Origin: Candidatus Shapirobacteria bacterium | Lineage (GTDB): Bacteria > Patescibacteriota > Microgenomatia > UBA12405 | Assembly (NCBI GenBank): GCA_028700625.1 | Contig: JAQVSI010000002.1 | Coordinates: forward strand, 3,276 to 67,275 | Direction: 5' to 3' | DNA: 64,000 nt | Shown here: positions 16,832 to 26,660 of the stretch, piece by piece | Layout of the letters: each line of letters opens with the position of its first letter | Position numbering within the stretch: position 1 is the first letter of the stretch | Notes under the pieces: generated by a model | Databases searched by the model: none | The model's input: only the letters and a program-made list of their open reading frames with translations | Told to the model about the DNA's origin: nothing | Made by a program: the position numbers and the translations under genes

Positions 16832-18997
16832 ATGTCTGATACTGCCAATCTCTCGATATTTGAAGTCCGTTTACCCCAAAACAACGAACATACTTTTGAG
16901 TCAATGTCTGCCCTGCTTTCAAATTTTACCCAATTTTCAAGTCTTTCTTTCTTTGAAAAATTAATTGGCAAGAAAAAAACCATTGTTTCTCTAGAAATAG
17001 TTTTAAAAGAAGGTCAAATTCATTTCTATATTGCTGCTCTTTCCAACAATAGCGAATTTCTCCGTTCTCAAATCTTAGCTCAATATTCCACCGCCATTTT
17101 AAGAGACACAAAAGATTTCCTTCTCAATCTTGATCCAGAATTACCAATCACTTATACTCAACTTGGTTTAGCTAGATCCTACGATTATCCAGTCAAAACT
17201 GCTAAAGATTTCAAAGACACCGACCCTTTAACCTCTGTTCTCGCTCCCCTTTCTAGATCTAATAACATTAAAGATTTTTTTATGTTCCAAATTCTTCTAA
17301 GTGGAGCTCCAAAAAATTGGCAGAGTAATATAATTGGTACTATTCAAAACGGAATTTTGGTAGACCAAGAAAGAAACCTTCGCACTGCCCATCCCGATAA
17401 AGCTATTTTGGAACAAAAAATTCAATTTCCAGGTCTTTATACTCAAATGAATCTTCTTACCAACAACCCTGCTCTAATGGTTTCCGTTTCTTCCTCTTTT
17501 GGTGCCTACACTAATCCTCGTGGTAATTTTATTAAAAGCTTCACTCCAGGGTTTTTTACAAAAAAGAAACTTAAAGAATCAATTTACCTTCGTAAATTTA
17601 ATCCAAAATTAAAAAGTCAAATTTTTAACACCGAAGAATTAGCTGCCATTTGGCATTTTCCAAATCTAAACACTAAACTTCCCAACATTGCTTGGGGTAA
17701 AAAACTCTATTCTGACCCCCCTGAAAATCTTCCAATTGCTGACGATTTAACTGCAGAAGAAAAAAACAAAATCACCTTTTTTGCCAAAACTGAATATCGC
17801 AACAAAGATTCGATTTTTGGCATCAAAGAAGGCGAAGATCGCCGTCGCCACACCTATATTATCGGTAAATCTGGTACTGGTAAAACTACTCTTATCGCCA
17901 ATATGGCCATCGATGATATTCGTAAAGGTCGCGGTGTAGCTGTTATCGATCCTCATGGTGATTTATGCAATAACATTCTTGACTATATTCCTAGTAATCG
18001 TGTTAATGATTGTTGTTATTTCAACCCCGCCGATCCAGATTATGTCTATCCTCTAAACGTTTTAGAAACCAAAAATGAATCCCAAAAAGAGCTGATTGCT
18101 TCTGGTGTTCTCTCTATTTTTAAAAAGCTTTATGGAAATATTTCTTGGGGTCCTCGTCTTGAACATATTTTAAGAAATACTGTTTTAACTTTAGTCAACA
18201 CTCCAGGAAGCGATCTTACTCACATTGTCGAAATTTTAACCAATAAAAACTACCGAGAAAAAGTTGTTTCTAAATTAACCAATCAAACTTTAATTAATTT
18301 TTGGCAAAATGAATTTAGTAGAATGGATCCAAAATTTCAAAATGAAGCTGTTTCTCCTATTTTAAACAAAGTTGGCCAATTCATTTCTTCAACCAATATC
18401 AGAAATACTGTTGCTCATGCCAAATCAAAAATAAATATCCAAGAAATTATGGACCAAAAGAAAATTTTAATTGCCGATCTTTCGACTGGTCGTCTTGGTG
18501 AAGATAATTCTGCTCTTTTAGGTGCCATGTTAATTACTCAAATTCAACTTTCAGCCATGAATCGTGTTTTTCAAACCAGCGATGAACGTTCCGATTTTTA
18601 TCTCTATGTCGATGAATTCCAAAACTTTGCCACTGAGGCTTTTATTAAAATTCTTTCAGAAGCCCGTAAATTTAAATTAAATCTTATTGTTGCCAATCAA
18701 TACATGTCCCAATTGGACAAACCAATTCAAGATGCTATTCTAGGCAACATTGGTTCAATTATGTCTTTTGTGGTCGGTAATCAAGATGCTTTTATCCTTG
18801 CCAAAGAATTTGGACCTCAATTCCCACCAGAAGATTTAATCAAAATTGGTAAATATCAGATAGTCTGTAAACTTTCTATCGATTCTGAAACAACTCAACC
18901 TTTCTATGCCACCACCCTAGCTCCACTTTCTTGTAAAAATCAACAACGCGACAAATTAATCCACACCTCTCAAGAACGCTGGGGTAAAAAGAAGTAA
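16832..18997 (+). CDS. TraD/VirD4-like P-loop ATPase (T4SS coupling-protein or DUF87-like) with a ~330-aa N-terminal domain of unknown function
   Basis: Walker A IIGKSGTGKTTLIAN, Walker B LYVDEFQNF, and a C-terminal TraG-D-like region. There are no N-terminal TM helices. Confidence 0.5.
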   Translation: MSDTANLSIFEVRLPQNNEHTFESMSALLSNFTQFSSLSFFEKLIGKKKTIVSLEIVLKEGQIHFYIAALSNNSEFLRSQILAQYSTAILRDTKDFLLNLDPELPITYTQLGLARSYDYPVKTAKDFKDTDPLTSVLAPLSRSNNIKDFFMFQILLSGAPKNWQSNIIGTIQNGILVDQERNLRTAHPDKAILEQKIQFPGLYTQMNLLTNNPALMVSVSSSFGAYTNPRGNFIKSFTPGFFTKKKLKESIYLRKFNPKLKSQIFNTEELAAIWHFPNLNTKLPNIAWGKKLYSDPPENLPIADDLTAEEKNKITFFAKTEYRNKDSIFGIKEGEDRRRHTYIIGKSGTGKTTLIANMAIDDIRKGRGVAVIDPHGDLCNNILDYIPSNRVNDCCYFNPADPDYVYPLNVLETKNESQKELIASGVLSIFKKLYGNISWGPRLEHILRNTVLTLVNTPGSDLTHIVEILTNKNYREKVVSKLTNQTLINFWQNEFSRMDPKFQNEAVSPILNKVGQFISSTNIRNTVAHAKSKINIQEIMDQKKILIADLSTGRLGEDNSALLGAMLITQIQLSAMNRVFQTSDERSDFYLYVDEFQNFATEAFIKILSEARKFKLNLIVANQYMSQLDKPIQDAILGNIGSIMSFVVGNQDAFILAKEFGPQFPPEDLIKIGKYQIVCKLSIDSETTQPFYATTLAPLSCKNQQRDKLIHTSQERWGKKK

Positions 18998-18998
18998 A

Positions 18999-20996
18999 CT
19001 ACGGTTTTTTCCACCCTGCCCACTTACAGATTGGATATTTTGAACAACCAAAAAATTTTCTACCAGTCTTGGTTTTTCTTACCACTCCTTCAGCCCCACA
19101 TTCTGGACAATTGAATCCTGCTGCTTCTTGAAATTGTTTTGTATATTTACAATCTGGGAATCGACTACAAGAAATAAATTTACCAAATTTACCCAATCTA
19201 ACAACCAAATCACCTTCCTTGCATTCTGGACATTTTTCTCCAGTCCTTTCAACTTCAACTTTTACTCTTTCACTATTTCCTTCGGCTAATTTCAATTCTT
19301 TTTCAAATTTTTTCCAAAATTCTTTCATCATTTCCTTCCAATCTGTCTTCCCTAAGGAAACTTTATCTAAATCCTCTTCCATTTCTGCTGTAAAAGGTAA
19401 AGATAAAACATTGGCAAAGTTTTTTACCAAAAATTCATTAGTTGCTTGTCCTAAAACTGTTGGTTTAAATCTTCCTTCCTCTCTGTCAATATATTGTCTT
19501 AATAAAATAGTTGAAATAATTGGAGCATAAGTACTAGGTCTACCAATTCCTTGTTTTTCTAAACTAGACACTAAACTAGCATCACTATAACGAGGCATTG
19601 GATTAGTTTCCGACTCTAATAACCAATTTTTTTTACCATCAATTTTTTCATTTTCCTTAAGTTCTGGCAACACTTGATCTTCATGTTTATCGCCAGTAAT
19701 TTTCAAAAATCCATCGAATAACATTCTTACTCCTTTTGATTCAAAAGTACCGTTTCTATTGGCAAATAATATTGTTGTATTTTTCATTATTGCCGATGCT
19801 GCTTGAGTTGCTACTGCCCTTTTCCAAATCATTTCATACAATTTACTCTCTCTCAAATCACTTTCATCAACAAAATTTTTTGAAACATTTGTTGGTCTAA
19901 TTGCCTCATGTGCTTCTTGAGCATTTTTGGCAGTATTTTTATAAAATCTAACTTTTTCCACCACGTAATTTTGGCCAAATTTTTCTCCAATATATTTTCT
20001 AAAATCAGCAATAGATTTTTCTGACAAATAAACCGAATCCGTTCTGTGATAAGTGATTAAACCTTTTTCGTACAATTTTTGAGCAATACTCATTGTTTGT
20101 TTACCTGACCATCCCATTTTTCGAGAAGCGGCTTGTTGCAATTTTGAAGTAGTAAAAGCTGGTAATGGTAATCTGTGGAGTTCTTTTTCTATAATTTTAG
20201 TTATTAAAAACTCTTTCTCCATCTGATTAATATAACTTTCCGCATCATTTTTATCTTTAAAAATCGAAGTAGTAAAAGAATATTCCCCATCAAATAATTT
20301 TATTTTTTCTGTTTTATAGATATTTTTATCATCTATTTTGATCAATTCAGCCTTAAATTTTTTTCCATCCTTTTTTAATTCACTATAAACAGAAAAATAT
20401 TTTTCTTTCAAAAAAGCCAAGATCTCTTTTTCTCTTTCACAAATAAGTCTCACTGCCACCGATTGCACTCTTCCAGCCGACAGTCCTCTTCTAACTTTTT
20501 TCCATAAAATCGGAGACAAGCTATAACCCACTACTCTGTCCAAAACTCTTCTGCCTTGTTGAGCATTAACTAAAGCCATATCTATATCTCTAGATTGTTT
20601 TAAAGCCTCTTCGATGGCTTCTTTAGTAATTTCATGAAAAGTAACTCTGGTAATATTTTTTTTATCAATCAAACCTTTAACTTTCGATTCCAATATCCAC
20701 TTAACATGCCAAGAAATAGCCTCTCCTTCACGATCAGGATCGGACGCTAATAATATTTGTTTTGCTGATTTTGCTTCTTTAACCAATTCATCTACAACAT
20801 TCTTTTTCTTAATATCAATCACATATTCCACTTCAAAATTTTTGAAATCAATCGCCATCTTATTTGATGGCAAATCTCGAATATGTCCAACTGTTGCTAA
20901 AACTTTATAATCTCCACCTAAATATTTTCCGATGGTTCTGGCTTTTGTTGGTGACTCCACAATTAATAGTTTCTTCATTTTATCTTTCATTGTCAT
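18999..20996 (-). CDS. topA: DNA topoisomerase I
   Basis: Toprim N-terminus, the active-site Tyr region, and C-terminal C4 zinc ribbons. Confidence 0.9.
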   Translation of the reverse strand: MTMKDKMKKLLIVESPTKARTIGKYLGGDYKVLATVGHIRDLPSNKMAIDFKNFEVEYVIDIKKKNVVDELVKEAKSAKQILLASDPDREGEAISWHVKWILESKVKGLIDKKNITRVTFHEITKEAIEEALKQSRDIDMALVNAQQGRRVLDRVVGYSLSPILWKKVRRGLSAGRVQSVAVRLICEREKEILAFLKEKYFSVYSELKKDGKKFKAELIKIDDKNIYKTEKIKLFDGEYSFTTSIFKDKNDAESYINQMEKEFLITKIIEKELHRLPLPAFTTSKLQQAASRKMGWSGKQTMSIAQKLYEKGLITYHRTDSVYLSEKSIADFRKYIGEKFGQNYVVEKVRFYKNTAKNAQEAHEAIRPTNVSKNFVDESDLRESKLYEMIWKRAVATQAASAIMKNTTILFANRNGTFESKGVRMLFDGFLKITGDKHEDQVLPELKENEKIDGKKNWLLESETNPMPRYSDASLVSSLEKQGIGRPSTYAPIISTILLRQYIDREEGRFKPTVLGQATNEFLVKNFANVLSLPFTAEMEEDLDKVSLGKTDWKEMMKEFWKKFEKELKLAEGNSERVKVEVERTGEKCPECKEGDLVVRLGKFGKFISCSRFPDCKYTKQFQEAAGFNCPECGAEGVVRKTKTGRKFFGCSKYPICKWAGWKKP

Positions 20997-21024
20997 CTAT
21001 TCCCGACCAGCTGTCAACTACAAA

Positions 21025-21294
21025 TTACCTATTTTTGATCGATACTAAACCAATTTTTTCTTGTCCGCGAGTCACCAAAATATCAACAATTGTTCCATTT
21101 CCAGCCTTTTTTGCTTCATCCCAAAGACGATCTTCTGGATAATAACCCCTAACGTTTAATCTTTCTTCTCTACTATCACGGTGAACTGTTGCCACAAAGC
21201 CATCTCCATCTCTCAATAATTTTGACAACTCTACTCTTGATTTAAAATTTCCCACTTTATTCTTAAAAGCTTCTTTTATTTTTTCTAAACTCAT
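21025..21294 (-). CDS. hypothetical small protein, possibly OB-fold-like
   Basis: 89-aa ORF with no clear family. Confidence 0.3.
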   Translation of the reverse strand: MSLEKIKEAFKNKVGNFKSRVELSKLLRDGDGFVATVHRDSREERLNVRGYYPEDRLWDEAKKAGNGTIVDILVTRGQEKIGLVSIKNR

Positions 21295-21340
21295 TTTATT
21301 TTTAAAATATTATAGGCATATTATAATACTTTTTTTAAAA

Positions 21341-22978
21341 TTATTCTGAAATAATTTTTTTATCCACTTTTCTTGGAACAACCGTATTCGTTTCATCAAA
21401 CCATTCTTTCAAAATATCTCCCACAATTGGTGCCGCCACATCAGATCCTTCTCCTCCTCTCTCCACTAATACCGTAATTGAAATTTGCGGATCATCAGCT
21501 GGCGCAAAAGCCGTCAACCAAGCTTGAGTATCTTTACTACCATCACCAACTTCTGCCGTTCCTGTTTTACAAGCAATTTCTGTTTTAAAATTAAACAAAG
21601 GCCATGCCGTTCCACCCGATTTACAGGCATTTTTCATCCCCTGAACAATAGTTTCCCAGTTTTCATTTTTTATTTTTAAATCGGTACATTCCACCTTAGA
21701 ATCTTTCAAAACACTCATTTTGCATTTAACTCCCTTATTGGCAATAATATTAGTCATTTGATTAACCTGAAGTGGAGTAATACTTAAACCTCCTTGTCCT
21801 ATAGATAAATGATAAGTATCACCCAAATACCAATTTTCTCCCTTAACTTCTTTTTTCCATTTTTCATTTGGCACAATTCCATCCAATTCACCACTCAATT
21901 CCACTCCTGTCTTATTTCCGTAACCATATTTTTTAGTCCAATCATAAATTCTATTTAAACCCAATTTTTCTCCCAATTTATAAAAAAAGATATCATTTGA
22001 TCTCTGAATTGCTTTAATTATATTTACCATTCCATCACTTTTTCCACTCCAAGTCTTATAAGTATAATCTCCCACTTTTAAAACACCAATGTCTTCAATC
22101 TCTGTACTTTTATCTATCACTCCACTTTCAAGTCCTGCTGTTGCCATTACTATTTTAAATACTGATCCTGGACTATATCTTCCAGAAATTGTCCTATTCA
22201 TCATCGGCAAATTTTCATTGTCAGTTAAATATTCTTTAATTTTTTCTTGATTCGCATCATAAGAAAAAGCATTTGGATCAAAAGCTGGACTTGAAACCAT
22301 GTTAATTATCTTTCCGGTTTTTGGCTCACTAATTATCACTACTGCTTTTTTCCCATCTAAAAGTTTATAAATTTTCTCTTGCCAATAAGCATCTATCGAT
22401 AAATATAAATTTTTTGAAACTACAGGTTCTTGCCTTCCCAACTCTCTAACATACTTACCCCTAGCATCCACTTCAACCAATCTTCTTCCGTCAATTCCTC
22501 TAATTTGACAATCCAAAAATGATTCGATCCCACTTCTTCCCATCACCTCATTATCGCCCAATTTAATTTCACATTTGTTTTCATTTTTATCATCTTGATT
22601 AATTTTCCCCACATAGCCAGTAATAAAGGACATAGATTCCCCATATGGATAAAATCTTTTTAATTCATAAGCCAAATCTTTTCCCTCAAATTTATATCCA
22701 TGAAAATCTCCTACTCCTTCATAGATTTTACTGTCTCCATCCATTCTAAAATATTGATAAACACTTTTTGCTACAATTCTTCCTTTTCTATCCAAAATAA
22801 CTGACCTTGCTGCTGGAATTTTTTTTTCCATAAGCTTATTTTCTATGGCCAAATCTTTATAATATTTCCCTTTAACCACACTTAATTTCAAAATTGACAC
22901 CAAAATAATTCCCAAACTTAAAATTAAGCCAAATTTCATTAACCAATATTTCCAAGAACTGTCGTCTATTTGGTTCAT
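21341..22978 (-). CDS. mrdA: penicillin-binding protein 2 / peptidoglycan D,D-transpeptidase
   Basis: N-terminal TM helix and a KTGTAEV box. It sits directly downstream of mreB. Confidence 0.75.
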   Translation of the reverse strand: MNQIDDSSWKYWLMKFGLILSLGIILVSILKLSVVKGKYYKDLAIENKLMEKKIPAARSVILDRKGRIVAKSVYQYFRMDGDSKIYEGVGDFHGYKFEGKDLAYELKRFYPYGESMSFITGYVGKINQDDKNENKCEIKLGDNEVMGRSGIESFLDCQIRGIDGRRLVEVDARGKYVRELGRQEPVVSKNLYLSIDAYWQEKIYKLLDGKKAVVIISEPKTGKIINMVSSPAFDPNAFSYDANQEKIKEYLTDNENLPMMNRTISGRYSPGSVFKIVMATAGLESGVIDKSTEIEDIGVLKVGDYTYKTWSGKSDGMVNIIKAIQRSNDIFFYKLGEKLGLNRIYDWTKKYGYGNKTGVELSGELDGIVPNEKWKKEVKGENWYLGDTYHLSIGQGGLSITPLQVNQMTNIIANKGVKCKMSVLKDSKVECTDLKIKNENWETIVQGMKNACKSGGTAWPLFNFKTEIACKTGTAEVGDGSKDTQAWLTAFAPADDPQISITVLVERGGEGSDVAAPIVGDILKEWFDETNTVVPRKVDKKIISE

Positions 22979-24087
22979 TCTTTTAATCCAGACACCAATT
23001 TAACTTGTTTTAACATCTCTCTGTTTTGAATCAATTCACCACAACCTTTAATTACCATCATTCCTGCTTCTTCCAAAACCCTAGTAAAAATTTTTGTCTC
23101 ACTCTCGATTAATTGCGCTAAACCATTTATTTTCCCCCCATTTCCCACTAAAATAATTCCTCTTTTTAATATATCTTCCATCAATTCTGGAGGTGTTTCA
23201 TCCAAAACCGTTGAAACTAATTTAACTATTTTTATTAACTCCATAGCCATCGCTTCTTTTATTTCCGTCTCTGTTATTCTAACTGTTTTTGGCAAACCAC
23301 TTTCCAAGTCTCGACCTCTCACCAAAGCTGTTTTTTTCTCCCCATCTTTATCTAAATTACCAGTTTCCATTTTTATTTTTTCAGCACCATTAACTCCAAT
23401 CAATATTCCGTATTTCATCTTCACGTAGTTAATAATACTAATGTCTAGATCATTACCAGCTGTTTTAATTCCTCTCCCAACAACCACTCCTCCCATTGAA
23501 ATTACACTTACTTCAGTTTTGCCTCCCCCCACATCCACAATAACCAAACCAGAACAACTATCAGTAGGTAAACCAATCCCAATTGCTGCCAAAACCACTT
23601 CTTCCAAGAGAACAACTTCTTTTGCTCCAGCATTTAAAAAAATAGATTTTACAGCTCTTTTTTGAACTTGGTTAATTGAACTTGGCACTCCTACAATTAC
23701 TTTTGGTTTAAAAAACTTAGGATATTTAGACGGAATTTCATAAATAAGCTTTAAGTAATAAGAAATCAAACTTTCCAGTGCCTCCAAATCAGAAATAACT
23801 CCATTTTTGATAGGACTTACAACTTCGATTTGTTTTGGTTCTCGATTAAGCATTTCTTTGGCTTTAAAACCAAAAGCAATTGGTCCACTTTTTTTTGATT
23901 TTGGTGCCGATAACCCTGTCCATCTCTTTTTTTTCTGACGAGCAATCATAGTTGGTTCATCAATAATCACTCCTCTGTCTTTTAAATAGATCAAAGTATT
24001 ACTACTACCAAGATCAACTCCAACTTCCCAACTAAAAAGTGAGAAAAATATTTTTATTTTATTCTTTAGTAATGCAAACTTGGTCAC
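22975..24087 (-). CDS. mreB: rod shape-determining protein MreB (with insertions)
   Basis: Actin-fold motifs DLGSSNTLIY and VIVDVGGGKTEV. Confidence 0.8.
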   Translation of the reverse strand: MTKFALLKNKIKIFFSLFSWEVGVDLGSSNTLIYLKDRGVIIDEPTMIARQKKKRWTGLSAPKSKKSGPIAFGFKAKEMLNREPKQIEVVSPIKNGVISDLEALESLISYYLKLIYEIPSKYPKFFKPKVIVGVPSSINQVQKRAVKSIFLNAGAKEVVLLEEVVLAAIGIGLPTDSCSGLVIVDVGGGKTEVSVISMGGVVVGRGIKTAGNDLDISIINYVKMKYGILIGVNGAEKIKMETGNLDKDGEKKTALVRGRDLESGLPKTVRITETEIKEAMAMELIKIVKLVSTVLDETPPELMEDILKRGIILVGNGGKINGLAQLIESETKIFTRVLEEAGMMVIKGCGELIQNREMLKQVKLVSGLKE

Positions 24088-24132
24088 TTTAAAATTATAA
24101 CAAGTTAGAGCTCTTAAGTTACAATAGAACTT

Positions 24133-26136
24133 ATGAAGTCTTTTATTAAGTCTGTTCGTTTTCTGTTTTTGACCCTCTTTTTTGTCACTCCTTTAATTTT
24201 TACCCAGTCCAATTCCGAGCTTTTCGAATTACCAAAAATGTATTTTGTATATCTTTTAACCATTTTAATAACTACTTTTCATCTAGTTAATGTCTTTAAA
24301 AAACAAGCTCCTCTATTTAAAAAAACTTTTCTAGACATCCCTTTGCTTTTATTTCTAATTTCTCAAATAATTTCCACTATTTATTCAATCGATCCTCATA
24401 CTTCCTTTTTTGGTTATTACTCCAGACTTAATGGCGGTCTTTTATCGTTAATCTGTTATGCCCTTTTGTACTGGATTCTTTCGATTTACATCAATTCTAA
24501 TTTCAAAAAACAAATCATTAATTTTTCATTACTTTCCGGTTTTTTAATTTCTATTTATGCTATTGCCCAGCATTTTGGTATCGATAAAAATTTATGGGTT
24601 CAAGACGTTCAATCTCGAGTTTTTTCCACCCTCGGCCAACCAAATTGGCTCGCCGCCTATCTTTGTATCCTACTTCCATTTTCTATTTACAAATTTTTTC
24701 AATCAATCAATACGTACGGGCGTATTGCCATACGCCCCTATCTTTATTTATTTTTAACATTAATTTTTTATATTTCTATTCTTTTCACCAAATCCAAATC
24801 TGGTATCATTGCCTGCCTCATTTCCCTTTTTGTATACTTCACCTTCTCTTTCTTAAAAAACAAAAATTCTCGAAAATTGTTAATTCTTAATTATTCATTA
24901 TTAATTATTCTTTCGCTTTTAATCGCTAATCCAATCAAAGATCAACTTTTCCCTCCTAAATTGGAAATTGGAAATTCGACATTAGAAATTAATAACAAAT
25001 TAAACATTACCCCCTCAGGTGATATCCGAAAAATTGTTTGGACTGGCGCCGTTGATCTTTGGAAAAAATTTCCTATTTTTGGCACTGGTGTTGAAACTTT
25101 TGCGTATTCCTATTATTGGACTCGTCCTGTTAAACATAATTTAACCTCTGAATGGGATTTTCTCTACAACAAAGCCCATAACGAATATATTAATTATCTA
25201 GCCACCACCGGTGCCATCGGTCTAATCACTTATTCAATTTTAATATTTACTTTTCTTTTTTCTTTAATCAAAAATTTAATTAGAAATTGGAAATTAGAAA
25301 TTGAAAATTTATCTCTAGTTATTTTAACTTCATATATTTCTATTCTCATTACCAATGCCGCCGGCTTCTCTGTAGTTTCCACTTCACTTTTCTTCTTCCT
25401 CCTCCCCGCTCTTTTAATTCCCGATCAAAATACTAAAGTAGAGACGTTGCATGCAACGTCTCTACACAAATTCTTAATTATTCCTCTAATTTTAATTAGT
25501 TTTATCTTCACTAAAAGAATAATCTTCTTTTATCTAGCCGACATTGCCTACAGCCAAGCCGAAACTTATGATTCTAGAAATAATTATAAAACTGCTCTTT
25601 CTTATCTTCAAATAAGTCATCAGTTCAACCCCAAAGAACCCTTATATACTGACAAACTAGCTACTATTTACTCAAAAATTGCTTTAAATAGTGAAAAACA
25701 AGAAGATATCGACAAATCTATAAATTATTCTAATCTAACTATTAAAATTTCTCCTAGTAATATTAATTTTTGGAAAGAACGAGCTCAAGTTTATCTTTAT
25801 CTTTCAGGAGTTGATTCAAAATATTTTTCCGAAGCCATTATTTCTCTCGATAAAGCTAGTCTTTTAGCCCCAACCGACGCCAAAATTTATTATTCAATTG
25901 GTCAATTCCTAGAAACTGCCAGTCTTCAAAAAGAAGCTATTCCTTATTATCAAAAAGCCATTGAATTAAAACCAAATTACGATTATGCCTATTTTGCTCT
26001 GGGCAAAATTTATTTATCTCAAAAAGAAAATATATTAGCTAAAAAAAATCTACAAAAAGCCGTTGATTATTCTTATCCCACCAACTCCGAAGCCGAAAGA
26101 CTACTTAAAACCATTTTCCCTGCCACCTCTTTATAA
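24133..26136 (+). CDS. O-antigen ligase / Wzy-like polytopic membrane protein with C-terminal TPR repeats
   Basis: About 12 TM helices followed by TPR repeats (AYFALGKIYL). It contains the palindromic element at 24714-24741 and heptamer repeats at 24958-24990 and 25279-25310. Confidence 0.5.
   Translation: MKSFIKSVRFLFLTLFFVTPLIFTQSNSELFELPKMYFVYLLTILITTFHLVNVFKKQAPLFKKTFLDIPLLLFLISQIISTIYSIDPHTSFFGYYSRLNGGLLSLICYALLYWILSIYINSNFKKQIINFSLLSGFLISIYAIAQHFGIDKNLWVQDVQSRVFSTLGQPNWLAAYLCILLPFSIYKFFQSINTYGRIAIRPYLYLFLTLIFYISILFTKSKSGIIACLISLFVYFTFSFLKNKNSRKLLILNYSLLIILSLLIANPIKDQLFPPKLEIGNSTLEINNKLNITPSGDIRKIVWTGAVDLWKKFPIFGTGVETFAYSYYWTRPVKHNLTSEWDFLYNKAHNEYINYLATTGAIGLITYSILIFTFLFSLIKNLIRNWKLEIENLSLVILTSYISILITNAAGFSVVSTSLFFFLLPALLIPDQNTKVETLHATSLHKFLIIPLILISFIFTKRIIFFYLADIAYSQAETYDSRNNYKTALSYLQISHQFNPKEPLYTDKLATIYSKIALNSEKQEDIDKSINYSNLTIKISPSNINFWKERAQVYLYLSGVDSKYFSEAIISLDKASLLAPTDAKIYYSIGQFLETASLQKEAIPYYQKAIELKPNYDYAYFALGKIYLSQKENILAKKNLQKAVDYSYPTNSEAERLLKTIFPATSL
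24714..24741. repeat. palindromic element P4, inside the O-antigen-ligase-like gene
   Basis: GTACGGGCGTATTGCCATACGCCCCTAT. It encodes TYGRIAIRPY in frame. Confidence 0.6.
24958..24990. repeat. TTGGAAA heptamer repeats
   Basis: AAATTGGAAATTGGAAATTCGACATTAGAAATT. Confidence 0.45.
25279..25310. repeat. TTGGAAA / TTAGAAA heptamer repeats
   Basis: TTAGAAATTGGAAATTAGAAATTGAAAATTT. Confidence 0.45.
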
Positions 26137-26657
26137 AACTTTCCATTTTCTTCTTTAATATGATCAACAAAAACAATTCCATCCAAATGATCAGATTCAT
26201 GTTGCCACACAATTGCATCAAAACCAATTAATGTTTTGTTTTTTGTCACCAATTTTCCTTTTTCAATTTCTTGCCAAAAAACCTCTATTTTTAAAAACCT
26301 CTTAACTGTTCCAAAAAAACCAGGAAAAGACAAACATCCTTCCAAAAAATCATCCTCTTTCCCATTTTCATCAACTAATTTAGGGTAAACTTTTTCTCCA
26401 TAAGTTTTAACTATTTTAGGATTAATAAAAACCAAAACACTGTCTTTACTCCCCATTTCTTTACTTCCAAAAAACCTTTTACTTATTCCAATCTGTGGCG
26501 CCGCCAAACCTGCTGCATTATCGCCTGCCTGTAATATTTTTTTTAAATCTTTAATTTCTTCCAGTAATTTTTTATCAACTTCTTTGATTTCCTCTGTCTT
26601 TTGTCTTAAAATTTCAGCTGGATAAAGAACAATTTTTCTCATACGGTATTTTACCAA
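26073..26657 (-). CDS. def: peptide deformylase
   Basis: GLAAPQIG, EGCLS and HESDHLDG motifs. Confidence 0.8.
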   Translation of the reverse strand: MVKYRMRKIVLYPAEILRQKTEEIKEVDKKLLEEIKDLKKILQAGDNAAGLAAPQIGISKRFFGSKEMGSKDSVLVFINPKIVKTYGEKVYPKLVDENGKEDDFLEGCLSFPGFFGTVKRFLKIEVFWQEIEKGKLVTKNKTLIGFDAIVWQHESDHLDGIVFVDHIKEENGKFYKEVAGKMVLSSLSASELVG

Positions 26658-26660
26658 ATC

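Noticed and set aside
23915-23950. CTGACGAG near GAAA-like sequence, checked as a possible second hammerhead
   Set aside because: The core would need CUGAUGA with an adjacent stem II, and no stems I-III can be drawn. The motif is also inside the mreB coding region.
26073-26136. 64-nt overlap of the 3' ends of def and the convergent O-antigen-ligase-like gene
   Set aside because: Probably real but unremarkable. It could also reflect a slightly early or late stop. Nothing to follow up without expression data.
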